From a virus (lineage: Duplodnaviria; Caudoviricetes), in IMG/VR virus record IMGVR_UViG_3300020577_008200, positions 1-64,000 of that record: a stretch of 64,000 nucleotides of DNA, one strand, 5' to 3'. Positions within the stretch are counted from its first letter, which is position 1, and every line of letters starts with the position of its first letter. Under the pieces are notes generated by a model, which was not told the DNA's origin, searched no databases, and saw nothing but the letters and a program-made list of their open reading frames with translations. Below, piece by piece: positions 56,384-64,000 of the stretch. Made by a program: the position numbers and the translations under genes.

Positions 56384-56772
56384 TAGTACATCTCTCTTTC
56401 AGCATTTCTTAAGTAAGCCTGATTCTTAGTTTCTAAGAATTTTAGATAAAGCTTAAAACAATTTTCATTAACTTTAGAGTAAGAATAGTAATCTTTACCT
56501 CTAGTTTTATCGAAACCTCTAGTTTCTCCATCTTTATACCAAATACTATTTGGATTTAGTAAGTGGCTGGCGTCTGCGCCCATGTTACATTTTTTAATAT
56601 AATAATTTGTTTCTTCCGGTTCATCAATAATAGCTTTAACTCTAATAACATCTTTAGTTTCACCATCGGAACTATCGTTTTTATTTATTACTAATTTAGC
56701 ACAAGATAAGAGGTCATTAGTGCCGGCTTTAAGCTGTTCCCCATTTAATCCGTACTTCTTTTCTATTTTCAT
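56383..56772 (-). CDS. Hypothetical protein
   Basis: 129 aa; F.LYLKFL.TKN..YLR.AERE. Confidence 0.6.
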   Translation of the reverse strand: MKIEKKYGLNGEQLKAGTNDLLSCAKLVINKNDSSDGETKDVIRVKAIIDEPEETNYYIKKCNMGADASHLLNPNSIWYKDGETRGFDKTRGKDYYSYSKVNENCFKLYLKFLETKNQAYLRNAEREMY

Positions 56773-57137
56773 TTATATTTCTCCGTTACAAATAAAGAAA
56801 CATCTTTTCCTTGATATTTTATCATTTGTATATCTACTATATTTACAATTGGAATTACATCTTCCGGGTTACCATTAGGATGAGGAATATCATGTCCTTT
56901 AGGATGAAAACCTCCAGTTACTTTAGTTATATAACTTTTATCCTGACAATAACAACAAGACGCCTGAATCAACCATTCTAAAGGATGACCGTTTAACGTT
57001 TCTTTAGGGCGAGTATGCCATACTTCGATTAATGGTTTATCACAGTTACTACACTTAATAAGTGTTACACCACCATTTTCTAAAGTCTCGCTAACCTCTT
57101 TTACTTTATCTTCTTTTTCATAAATTATTGAAGACAT
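56769..57137 (-). CDS. Zn-ribbon hypothetical protein
   Basis: CSNC...CCYC. Confidence 0.6.
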   Translation of the reverse strand: MSSIIYEKEDKVKEVSETLENGGVTLIKCSNCDKPLIEVWHTRPKETLNGHPLEWLIQASCCYCQDKSYITKVTGGFHPKGHDIPHPNGNPEDVIPIVNIVDIQMIKYQGKDVSLFVTEKYK

Positions 57138-57310
57138 TTCTTTACCTCTTTTATAAAGTTTTCGGCTTTCTTTTTAAGTTCCTGTTCTGAATTTCCATCA
57201 AGACTAAATATTTTAACTTCATCGGATATTGCGGGAGGTAAACATTCTCCCTCTTCGTTGAGATTATGGGTTTTAAATCTAATGGAAATTAACGTTTTAA
57301 ATTTACTCAT
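57125..57310 (-). CDS. Hypothetical protein
   Basis: 61 aa with AAGGA RBS. Confidence 0.55.
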   Translation of the reverse strand: MSKFKTLISIRFKTHNLNEEGECLPPAISDEVKIFSLDGNSEQELKKKAENFIKEVKKCLQ

Positions 57311-57343
57311 TTTATCCTTTCATCTGGGCGTGGCGAAGCTCCA

Positions 57344-57742
57344 CTATTTTTGCCCTGTTTCTATATACTTTCTAATATTACTTATCTTTCCTAAATCTAA
57401 TTTTTCTCTCCAAGCAGGTTTTGGTCCGTTAGTTGAGCGAATAGCTTTTCCACCTACTTTTTCCGCCATTTCTTCTCTAGCTTTACGAATTGCCTCTTTT
57501 TTTCTTTCCGCTCTTTCACTTAACTCCGCTTTACCAATTCTTTGAGTATTTCTATCTGCTTGCCAGTGAACTGTGGTAGGGTCTTGTTTAACAAAAAAGG
57601 TTGGGCATCCTATTATTTGGAAAAATTGTTCCGGGTTAGAACAATTGCAGAATTCGCATTTGGTTGGCAAATCATCTTTAATAGATTGATTGACTTCGTA
57701 AACTAATTCACATTTTTTACAAGCAAAATCATATGATACCAT
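57344..57742 (-). CDS. FmdB-family Zn-ribbon regulatory protein
   Basis: YDFACKKC...EV.QSIKD.....CEFC. Confidence 0.8.
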   Translation of the reverse strand: MVSYDFACKKCELVYEVNQSIKDDLPTKCEFCNCSNPEQFFQIIGCPTFFVKQDPTTVHWQADRNTQRIGKAELSERAERKKEAIRKAREEMAEKVGGKAIRSTNGPKPAWREKLDLGKISNIRKYIETGQK

Positions 57743-57766
57743 TATTATTTCCTTTTACAATCTTCA

Positions 57767-58774
57767 TTAATAATCTTCCACTAAATTTGATGTTTGATAC
57801 TCAAGAACTCTTTTTTCAAAAAAGTTTTGCATTTTAGGCAAATCTATAGTTTCGCTCATCCACATAAAAGGATTTTTCGCATCTTTATAGAGTACAGGAA
57901 GATTTAAATCTGTCAAGCGTCTATTTGCAATATATTTAATATATTCTAAAAACATTTCGGAATTCAGACCTAAGATACCACGAGGTAAAGCTTCTTCCGC
58001 ATATTTTACTTCTAAAGCTACAGCTTTTTCAATATGTTGAATACTTTCCTTTTCAAATTTTGAAGTCCATAATCCCGGATATTGGTATCTTAATTTGTTA
58101 ATTAAGGTAGTGCCAAATTTGATATGTATTGATTCGTCTTTTAAAGTGTAGTTAATTTGTTCAGCTATTCCTGGAAGTTTATTTTGTCTTCCGAAACTGA
58201 GTAGCATAGCAAAGCCGCTATAGAAGAAGATTCCTTCACATATAATATAGTAAGTAAAAATGTTACGAAGAAGTTCCTGCTTTCCTTCTAAAGTATTAAT
58301 ATCAAAGTCTTGACGATTGATATCTGAAGTAATTTGCATCAAAAAATCATCTTTAGCTTTAATAGCTGGAATATTTTGATAAGCCTCATAAACCTCTTTA
58401 ATATCTAAGCCTAGACTATCGCAAATGTAAACTATTGTTAGATTATGTAAAGATTCTTCATAGTTCTGACGGCTTATATATTGTCTAGCTTCCGGGTCTG
58501 TAACGTATTTAAATATACTTAAGAGTAAGTTATTAGCAACTAGACTTTCTGACCCAGCAAAAAAACCTAGACACCGTTTTACTACCAAACGTTCGTCATC
58601 AGAAAGAACAGTTGAAGATTTCCACTGTTCAATATCCTTTTGCATACTGACTTCAGTAGGCATCCAGTTATTAGCGCAACCAGTGAGAAACAAATCCCAG
58701 GCCCATTTGTTTACATGTGGTAAGATTTGATTTACACTGGCTATATCGTTACTAATTAATTTATCTGTTTTCAT
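57767..58774 (-). CDS. nrdB: Ribonucleotide reductase class Ia beta subunit
   Basis: NNWMPTEV, FFAGSESLV, EESLH, ICEGIFFYSGF, DESIH, FFEKRV.EY. Confidence 0.97.
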   Translation of the reverse strand: MKTDKLISNDIASVNQILPHVNKWAWDLFLTGCANNWMPTEVSMQKDIEQWKSSTVLSDDERLVVKRCLGFFAGSESLVANNLLLSIFKYVTDPEARQYISRQNYEESLHNLTIVYICDSLGLDIKEVYEAYQNIPAIKAKDDFLMQITSDINRQDFDINTLEGKQELLRNIFTYYIICEGIFFYSGFAMLLSFGRQNKLPGIAEQINYTLKDESIHIKFGTTLINKLRYQYPGLWTSKFEKESIQHIEKAVALEVKYAEEALPRGILGLNSEMFLEYIKYIANRRLTDLNLPVLYKDAKNPFMWMSETIDLPKMQNFFEKRVLEYQTSNLVEDY

Positions 58775-58778
58775 TCCA

Positions 58779-58973
58779 TCATTCCATATTAGAATAATCT
58801 AAAATACGTTCTTTTTTATTAACATAAATTCTTAAAAATTTACTAGAAAATACCGATTTAATATTTTCTAACTGTTTCTTATACTCATTTTCGTGGCAGG
58901 TTACTGTGCCGTGTATCCAATCTAATTTATCATCTGAGTAAGAAAAATTAATTTCATATTTTGTTTCCGGCAT
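58779..58973 (-). CDS. Hypothetical protein (likely start MPETK)
   Basis: Trimmed to remove overlap with upstream gene. Confidence 0.5.
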   Translation of the reverse strand: MPETKYEINFSYSDDKLDWIHGTVTCHENEYKKQLENIKSVFSSKFLRIYVNKKERILDYSNME

Positions 58974-58974
58974 T

Positions 58975-59337
58975 TTAGAACTCCACTGGCTTATTTTCAT
59001 CCACACTCTTCCAACGAAGCACACAACCATTAACTCCAGGAGCCGGCACACAATGAGCAATACCATGACTATCTACTACTCTATGAGTGGCTCCACCATT
59101 TCTCATAACCACAGATTTAGGATTTTTAATTCGGTATGCAGTATCTCGACCTGGAAATTCGTATTCTCTCCAAAGTTCAATACCTTCTAAGTTTTTAACT
59201 GTATATTCGTTCTTGATTTCAACTTTATCTTCCATATTATCTCCTAATTTCTTCATTATTAAATGTTTAGTAATATCAAAATTTTCAAAAGCTCGGTATA
59301 AGAAGTTTAATTCGTCCTGACTCAATTCTAAGAGCAT
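58975..59337 (-). CDS. Hypothetical phage protein
   Basis: WREYEFP...RIKNP...HRVVD..G..H. Confidence 0.6.
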   Translation of the reverse strand: MLLELSQDELNFLYRAFENFDITKHLIMKKLGDNMEDKVEIKNEYTVKNLEGIELWREYEFPGRDTAYRIKNPKSVVMRNGGATHRVVDSHGIAHCVPAPGVNGCVLRWKSVDENKPVEF

Positions 59338-59348
59338 GTTTATTCCAT

Positions 59349-59540
59349 TTAAACTCTTCTATTTTGTGGAACTTTCTCTATAAGAAAGTTTTGCATTTCA
59401 TTAAAATTTTTCAAAGCCTTTTTAATGGATTCTAATTCACTATCTGTGACTTCGGCGGATAAATCATATTTGTTACTTGGTTCTTCATTAAATTCGTATA
59501 CTGGCCATTTTTCATCGTATGTTATATTAATTATTGGCAT
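59349..59540 (-). CDS. Hypothetical protein
   Basis: 63 aa. Confidence 0.55.
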   Translation of the reverse strand: MPIINITYDEKWPVYEFNEEPSNKYDLSAEVTDSELESIKKALKNFNEMQNFLIEKVPQNRRV

Positions 59541-61981
59541 GATTCACAAATTCCCCCATTCTTCATAGCTTCAATTGAACAAACAGTTGGAGTTTTACTC
59601 ACTGTTGATTTTTCTACTTTGCTAGCTCCGCGACTTCTTAAGTAGTAAGTAGTCTTGAGACCTTTTTCATAAGTATACATATACTTTTCAGCTAGATGTT
59701 TGAGACTTGGGTTGTCATTATAAATATTGAAACTAATTCCCATATCAATCCATTGCTGTCTAGCTGCTGTGGCATCTACTAAGTAATGATAATCAATATC
59801 AAAAGCTGTCTTAGATTGCTTCTTTAAATCTTCTGGTAAATTTAATTTACTAATATCTCCATCCACCTGTTTAATTGCGGTTAGTAACTCTTCACTCCAA
59901 ACTCCTAATTTCTTAGCTTTTTCCACAAACCATTCATCAATCATGGTGAATGAACCACTTAATGTACCATAAGTGAAGAGAACTGAATAGTCAGGCTCAA
60001 TACTTTGTCTACATCCAGCTATGTAACTAATTGTAGCTGTTGGAGCAATTGCTCTGACACTAGCATTTCTCATACCATGAGATATTACTAATTGCCGCAA
60101 AGCATTCCATTTAAAATCACTTATCTTGTTTTTAGGAACATCTTTAGTTTTACCACGTTCTTCAAAGAGTTTATCACACATATCTTGAGGAAAGCTCCCT
60201 TCGGACCATGTAGAACCTTCGTATGTAGAAAATACTCCACGTTCTTTAGCTAGTTTACAAGACGTTTTAATAGCATGATAGGAAACAAATTCTTCTAATT
60301 CACTAGCTAATTCTACAGCCTCTTGACTTTCATATGGAATATCTAAAGCATGAAGCACATCCACGAAACCCATTTCGCCAAGCCCAATTGGTCTATGGTC
60401 TAAATTAGATTTTCTTCCTTCTGGCGTAGCATAGAAATTCAAGTCTATATTGTTATCTAACATTCTAATCATAGTAGCTACAGTTTTAGCTAATTTATTT
60501 TTATTTAACTTCCATTTACCAGTTTTTTCATTATACTCTAAATGAGCTTTATAATTAGGAGAAGCTAGAGTGCAAATTGCAGTATCACCAATAGAAGTTT
60601 TATTTCCATCTTTATCATATGAACTACTAGTAGTATGTCTAATTACCTCTGTACACAAATTACTACTATGAACTACACCGGCATTACTATTAGAATAACA
60701 GATGTTAGAAGCGTCTTTATATGTTATCCAAGGGTGTCCGGTTTCAGATAGCGAAACTAATATTTTCTTATAGAGAGACTTAGCAGAGAAAGTCCTCCAT
60801 AACTTTATTTCGCCTTTCTGAGCCTTTTTAACATAGTAATTATAACGTTTCTCGAATTCCTCGCCGTACAAATCATGTAAGTCTGGGACTTCATCAGGTG
60901 AAAATAGATACCAGTTTTCGTCCTTAGTCACCTTCTCCATGAATAAGTCCGGTATCCAAACCGCAGTGTTCATATCATGGCATCGGCGTCTATCATCACC
61001 AGTATTCTTTCTTAAATCAATGAAGTCTTCAATATCTATATGCCATACTTCTAAGTATGAACACCCGGAACCTTTCCGGAGTCCGCTTTGATTCCAGGAG
61101 ACTAGCACATCATTAAATATCTTCATGAATGGGATTACCCCGCTAGAAGTTCCATTAGTTCCTTTAATATGTGAGCCGGCTCCTCGTACTGGAGTCCAGT
61201 CTACTCCCAGACCTCCAGCATATTTACTTAGTTTAGCTTGGTCATGCATTGACCCCATAATACTATCTAAACTATCACCTACTGTTGAAAGGAAACAGCT
61301 AGATAATTGTGAGTGAGTAGTCCCACTGTTGAATAGTGTGGGAGTAGAAGGCATTCCTAAGAACTGAGACATTACTTCGTAAAACTCTAAAGCTTTTTTA
61401 TCCTTATCTTTCTCATTAATAGCTAGCCCCATAGCAATTCGCATGAAGAAGGCTTGCGGAGTTTCTTTTTTTATACTGTCAATATGAATAAAATATCTAT
61501 CGTAGAGAGTCTGAATACCTAGATACTTAAATAGATTATCTCTGTCTATATCTATTTTTTCAGATAAAAATTCTAAATCAAAAGTCAAAAGTCTCGGGTC
61601 AAGTCGGCCAACCTCTACCAATTCATTGACATTTTCGATAAATGATTGCCGGTACTGTTCTTCAAATAATTCTTGTTCTACTCCACAACCGAATACTTCT
61701 TTGTATATATTATTTAATAGCAAACGGGCTGCAACAAAAGAATAATTTGGTTCTTTTTCAATTTTACTCTTAGCGGATAAAATCAAAGCTTTGTCAATTT
61801 CAATAGTTGATATTTTATCAAACAACTGAACATGGGCATCCAGAACAACCTCAGACGCGGAGACATCGGTGAGGCCGACACATGCCCTTCCTGCTGATTT
61901 ATTTATTTTATCTAAGTTTAGATTTTCGAGTGAACCATCTCTTTTAGTAACTAGAATATTGGACATGAGTGAAGCCTTCAT
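59531..61981 (-). CDS. nrdA: Ribonucleotide reductase class Ia alpha subunit with ATP cone
   Basis: VTKRDG ATP cone, PSTPTLFNSG, LSSCF, Q.GLRKG, SSNLCTE, R.IGLG, APTATIS, KTTYYLR, C-terminal CESCQ. Confidence 0.97.
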   Translation of the reverse strand: MKASLMSNILVTKRDGSLENLNLDKINKSAGRACVGLTDVSASEVVLDAHVQLFDKISTIEIDKALILSAKSKIEKEPNYSFVAARLLLNNIYKEVFGCGVEQELFEEQYRQSFIENVNELVEVGRLDPRLLTFDLEFLSEKIDIDRDNLFKYLGIQTLYDRYFIHIDSIKKETPQAFFMRIAMGLAINEKDKDKKALEFYEVMSQFLGMPSTPTLFNSGTTHSQLSSCFLSTVGDSLDSIMGSMHDQAKLSKYAGGLGVDWTPVRGAGSHIKGTNGTSSGVIPFMKIFNDVLVSWNQSGLRKGSGCSYLEVWHIDIEDFIDLRKNTGDDRRRCHDMNTAVWIPDLFMEKVTKDENWYLFSPDEVPDLHDLYGEEFEKRYNYYVKKAQKGEIKLWRTFSAKSLYKKILVSLSETGHPWITYKDASNICYSNSNAGVVHSSNLCTEVIRHTTSSSYDKDGNKTSIGDTAICTLASPNYKAHLEYNEKTGKWKLNKNKLAKTVATMIRMLDNNIDLNFYATPEGRKSNLDHRPIGLGEMGFVDVLHALDIPYESQEAVELASELEEFVSYHAIKTSCKLAKERGVFSTYEGSTWSEGSFPQDMCDKLFEERGKTKDVPKNKISDFKWNALRQLVISHGMRNASVRAIAPTATISYIAGCRQSIEPDYSVLFTYGTLSGSFTMIDEWFVEKAKKLGVWSEELLTAIKQVDGDISKLNLPEDLKKQSKTAFDIDYHYLVDATAARQQWIDMGISFNIYNDNPSLKHLAEKYMYTYEKGLKTTYYLRSRGASKVEKSTVSKTPTVCSIEAMKNGGICESCQ

Positions 61982-62034
61982 TAAAACTTTTCCTTATTTA
62001 AAAAATGGGATAAGGAATAACTACCCAGAGACAC

Positions 62035-62505
62035 TCATTTAAATGCAGGTTCTAAGATGATTTCTAGGTAACGCTTTATGTCTTTATAAACCCGACTTTT
62101 AGTATTATATTTATACTTATCAGCAGCCGAACCTTTAACCCATTCCCAGATACCAGAACCAAATTCTTCACTTCGGGCTTTCCAGTCGCAAGTCATTTCA
62201 GCTAAGTAAACTTCACTCATTAATTCGATACCACGCCACGCTTCCGGATGGTGAAGATTTATAGTATTGTGGTGTGTTAACGCAGCTTTAAATAGTTCCG
62301 GTTTTTCTTCTTTAGTCTGGCTGTCTAAGTATAGCCATTCAATTCCTTTAAACTTAGAATTATCGTGAATCATACTATTAGCTATGAGTTCTACACCTAA
62401 ATCTTCGTAACCATCTTTAATGAAATGTTCACCAAGTATTAAACAATTATCTTGCACATTTTTAATATGTCTCAAAAGTCCATCTAATTTACTATCTTCG
62501 TCCAT
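62035..62505 (-). CDS. DUF5662-like HD-related protein
   Basis: HI.NV, HDNSK, HH...N.HHPE, EM.CDW.ARS. Confidence 0.7.
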   Translation of the reverse strand: MDEDSKLDGLLRHIKNVQDNCLILGEHFIKDGYEDLGVELIANSMIHDNSKFKGIEWLYLDSQTKEEKPELFKAALTHHNTINLHHPEAWRGIELMSEVYLAEMTCDWKARSEEFGSGIWEWVKGSAADKYKYNTKSRVYKDIKRYLEIILEPAFK

Positions 62506-62522
62506 CTTTACCTCAAATTAAA

Positions 62523-62544
62523 AAGACGTGACTATTCACGTCTT
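62523..62544 (-). terminator. Rho-independent terminator after protease gene
   Basis: AAGACGTGA-atag-TCACGTCTT then TTT. Confidence 0.75.
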
Positions 62545-62545
62545 A

Positions 62546-62574
62546 AGTATATCACATAGTATAAGCTATGTCAA
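62546..62574 (-). promoter_or_regulatory. Sigma70-type promoter
   Basis: TTGACA (62574-62569), 17-nt spacer, TATACT (62551-62546). Confidence 0.8.
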
Positions 62575-62581
62575 GCGGAGC

Positions 62582-63382
62582 TTAAGGATATTTTTCAGAA
62601 TTGTTAAAAATCCATTTTGTATTATTTTTAGAAGACCATTTAATTAGTTCTCTGATGGGAGTGTATATAGCTATATTAGAAGAATATTTACCATACGTCA
62701 TTCCAATATATTTACCATATTCATTAAACATTCCACTTCCTGAACATCCTTTACCAACAGAAATATCATAGGATAAATCACTAGGTCTATAAGCTTTCTG
62801 TCTAACTCCATTTACAGTTCTTCCTAGTTCTACTTTTCTATTAATTTCACCTATAGTTCCAGTAGCACTACTAGTTAACCCTGGAGTTGATTCATATTCT
62901 AGGAAATTAGCAACTGCTATAATTTTAGTGCCTCTTGGTAGAATATTATCTTCTAAATAAAATTCTGTATTTCCAAATATATCTGGTGGACTTTCAAGTT
63001 TAAAAATTACTAAATCTAATATTTCATCATATGCAAAAACTTTAGCTTTTACAAATACCTCTTTATTAATTTCATAATTTTTATCTAAGAATTGTTTGTA
63101 TATTGTAAAATTGTAAAATTTTTCAAATTCCATATTCCAGATTTTGAATCTAACTCGTTCTTCTGGATATATGAGATGAAAACAGGTGATAACATAAACA
63201 TCTTTATCTCTGATAACAGAGACTCCGGAGCCTCTAATATCTCCGGAACCAGAAGCTATTAAAACACATGATTTATCTATTTTTTCAATAATATCTGGTA
63301 GATTTTTAACATCGTTTTCCCCTGCTATCATAAATAGAGGGGATATTAGAACTGCTAATAGAAATGTGGCGACGTATTTCAT
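62582..63382 (-). CDS. Secreted trypsin-like (S1) serine protease
   Basis: Signal peptide; GSGV, TCFH (His), DLVIF (Asp), GCSGSG (Ser) triad. Confidence 0.8.
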   Translation of the reverse strand: MKYVATFLLAVLISPLFMIAGENDVKNLPDIIEKIDKSCVLIASGSGDIRGSGVSVIRDKDVYVITCFHLIYPEERVRFKIWNMEFEKFYNFTIYKQFLDKNYEINKEVFVKAKVFAYDEILDLVIFKLESPPDIFGNTEFYLEDNILPRGTKIIAVANFLEYESTPGLTSSATGTIGEINRKVELGRTVNGVRQKAYRPSDLSYDISVGKGCSGSGMFNEYGKYIGMTYGKYSSNIAIYTPIRELIKWSSKNNTKWIFNNSEKYP

Positions 63383-63391
63383 ACAAAGCCT

Positions 63392-64000
63392 TTATTGTGA
63401 TAATCTATTACCGCATTTTCCACAGAACTTATCACTTTTTCTAGTGATTTTCTTACCACAGTTGGAACAATACGAATCTTCACTTGTAGTATGAGCGGTA
63501 GGGTTGTAGCCCTTAAGTACCAATAATATTATAACCGGATTTTTACCTTCTGTGATAAATTCTTCAGTTCTGAATGTTTGGTTAGTTGTGGAGCCTGATA
63601 CTGTGCAACCAGTTTCACCTTTAGGAAGTTGAATACCTCCAGAAGTTTTTTCTTCGTTACAAAAACTAGCTAGTGGGACTCCTCTTGGAATAGAATTACA
63701 ATATGTTTCTTCCCCATCTTCTGGGAGACTTTTAGACCCACAATCAGTAAAATTTAAATATTTTTTATAAGGATGCTGCCATCCGTTATCTTTGCGCCAC
63801 GGATTAGTTGGATATGGAAAAAATGGAATTGGTTCTGGATATGTACCTTCTGGCCATTGCTTAGGTTTAATAGCTGGATTACTTAGAAATGAATCTCTTT
63901 CCAATTCCCATTCTACTCTAATAACACCGTTTCTTCCATCTTTATATTTAGTTTTGCCACTATCAACAGCTTGTCCGCTTTCTATAGAGACAAATTTGAA
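63392..64000 (-). CDS. Hypothetical protein with C-terminal double Zn-ribbon, 5'-truncated
   Basis: Frame is open from 64000 (FKFVSIESG...NGVIRVEWELE) into the tracked ORF; ends YCSNCG...FCGKCG. Confidence 0.65.
   Translation of the reverse strand, partial: FKFVSIESGQAVDSGKTKYKDGRNGVIRVEWELERDSFLSNPAIKPKQWPEGTYPEPIPFFPYPTNPWRKDNGWQHPYKKYLNFTDCGSKSLPEDGEETYCNSIPRGVPLASFCNEEKTSGGIQLPKGETGCTVSGSTTNQTFRTEEFITEGKNPVIILLVLKGYNPTAHTTSEDSYCSNCGKKITRKSDKFCGKCGNRLSQ

Noticed and set aside
1-64000. Stop-codon reassignment (alternative genetic code)
   Set aside because: Genes are full-length in code 11, and TAA, TAG and TGA all end tightly packed genes.
1-64000. CRISPR array, tRNA or rRNA genes
   Set aside because: No regularly spaced repeats or cloverleaf/T-loop motifs were seen. 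Gaps are short and mostly filled by small ORFs; a tRNAscan run would be needed to fully exclude tRNAs.

Overview
AT-rich segment of a large tailed-phage (jumbo-type) genome in the standard genetic code. Positions 1-12.4 kb (+ strand) hold the end of a virion module: a 5'-truncated tape-measure protein and four tail/virion genes. A hairpin terminator at about 12.47 kb separates this from a roughly 51 kb, almost entirely minus-strand block. That block contains (i) replication/recombination genes (DnaB, DnaG-like primase, RecA, Rad52-like annealase, SSB, DnaQ-like exonuclease, and a DnaE polymerase broken into three separate intein-free genes), (ii) nucleotide-metabolism genes (nrdA, nrdB, guaC, dNMP kinase, HD, Nudix, NDT-like, NADAR, phoH), and (iii) a glycan-biosynthesis region of about 21 kb with about 9 glycosyltransferase-like genes, two nucleotidyltransferases (one fused to RpiB), a PfkB kinase, a GDPD-KdsC fusion, WavE, two cupins and an intein-interrupted NDP-sugar C-methyltransferase. 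Selfish elements: one intein, one antisense LAGLIDADG gene and one NUMOD3/DUF559 endonuclease. Small ORFs missed by the ORF track include a 36-aa peptide with a double-glycine-type leader. No tRNA or CRISPR array was seen. All family calls come from motif recognition by eye; no database search was run.
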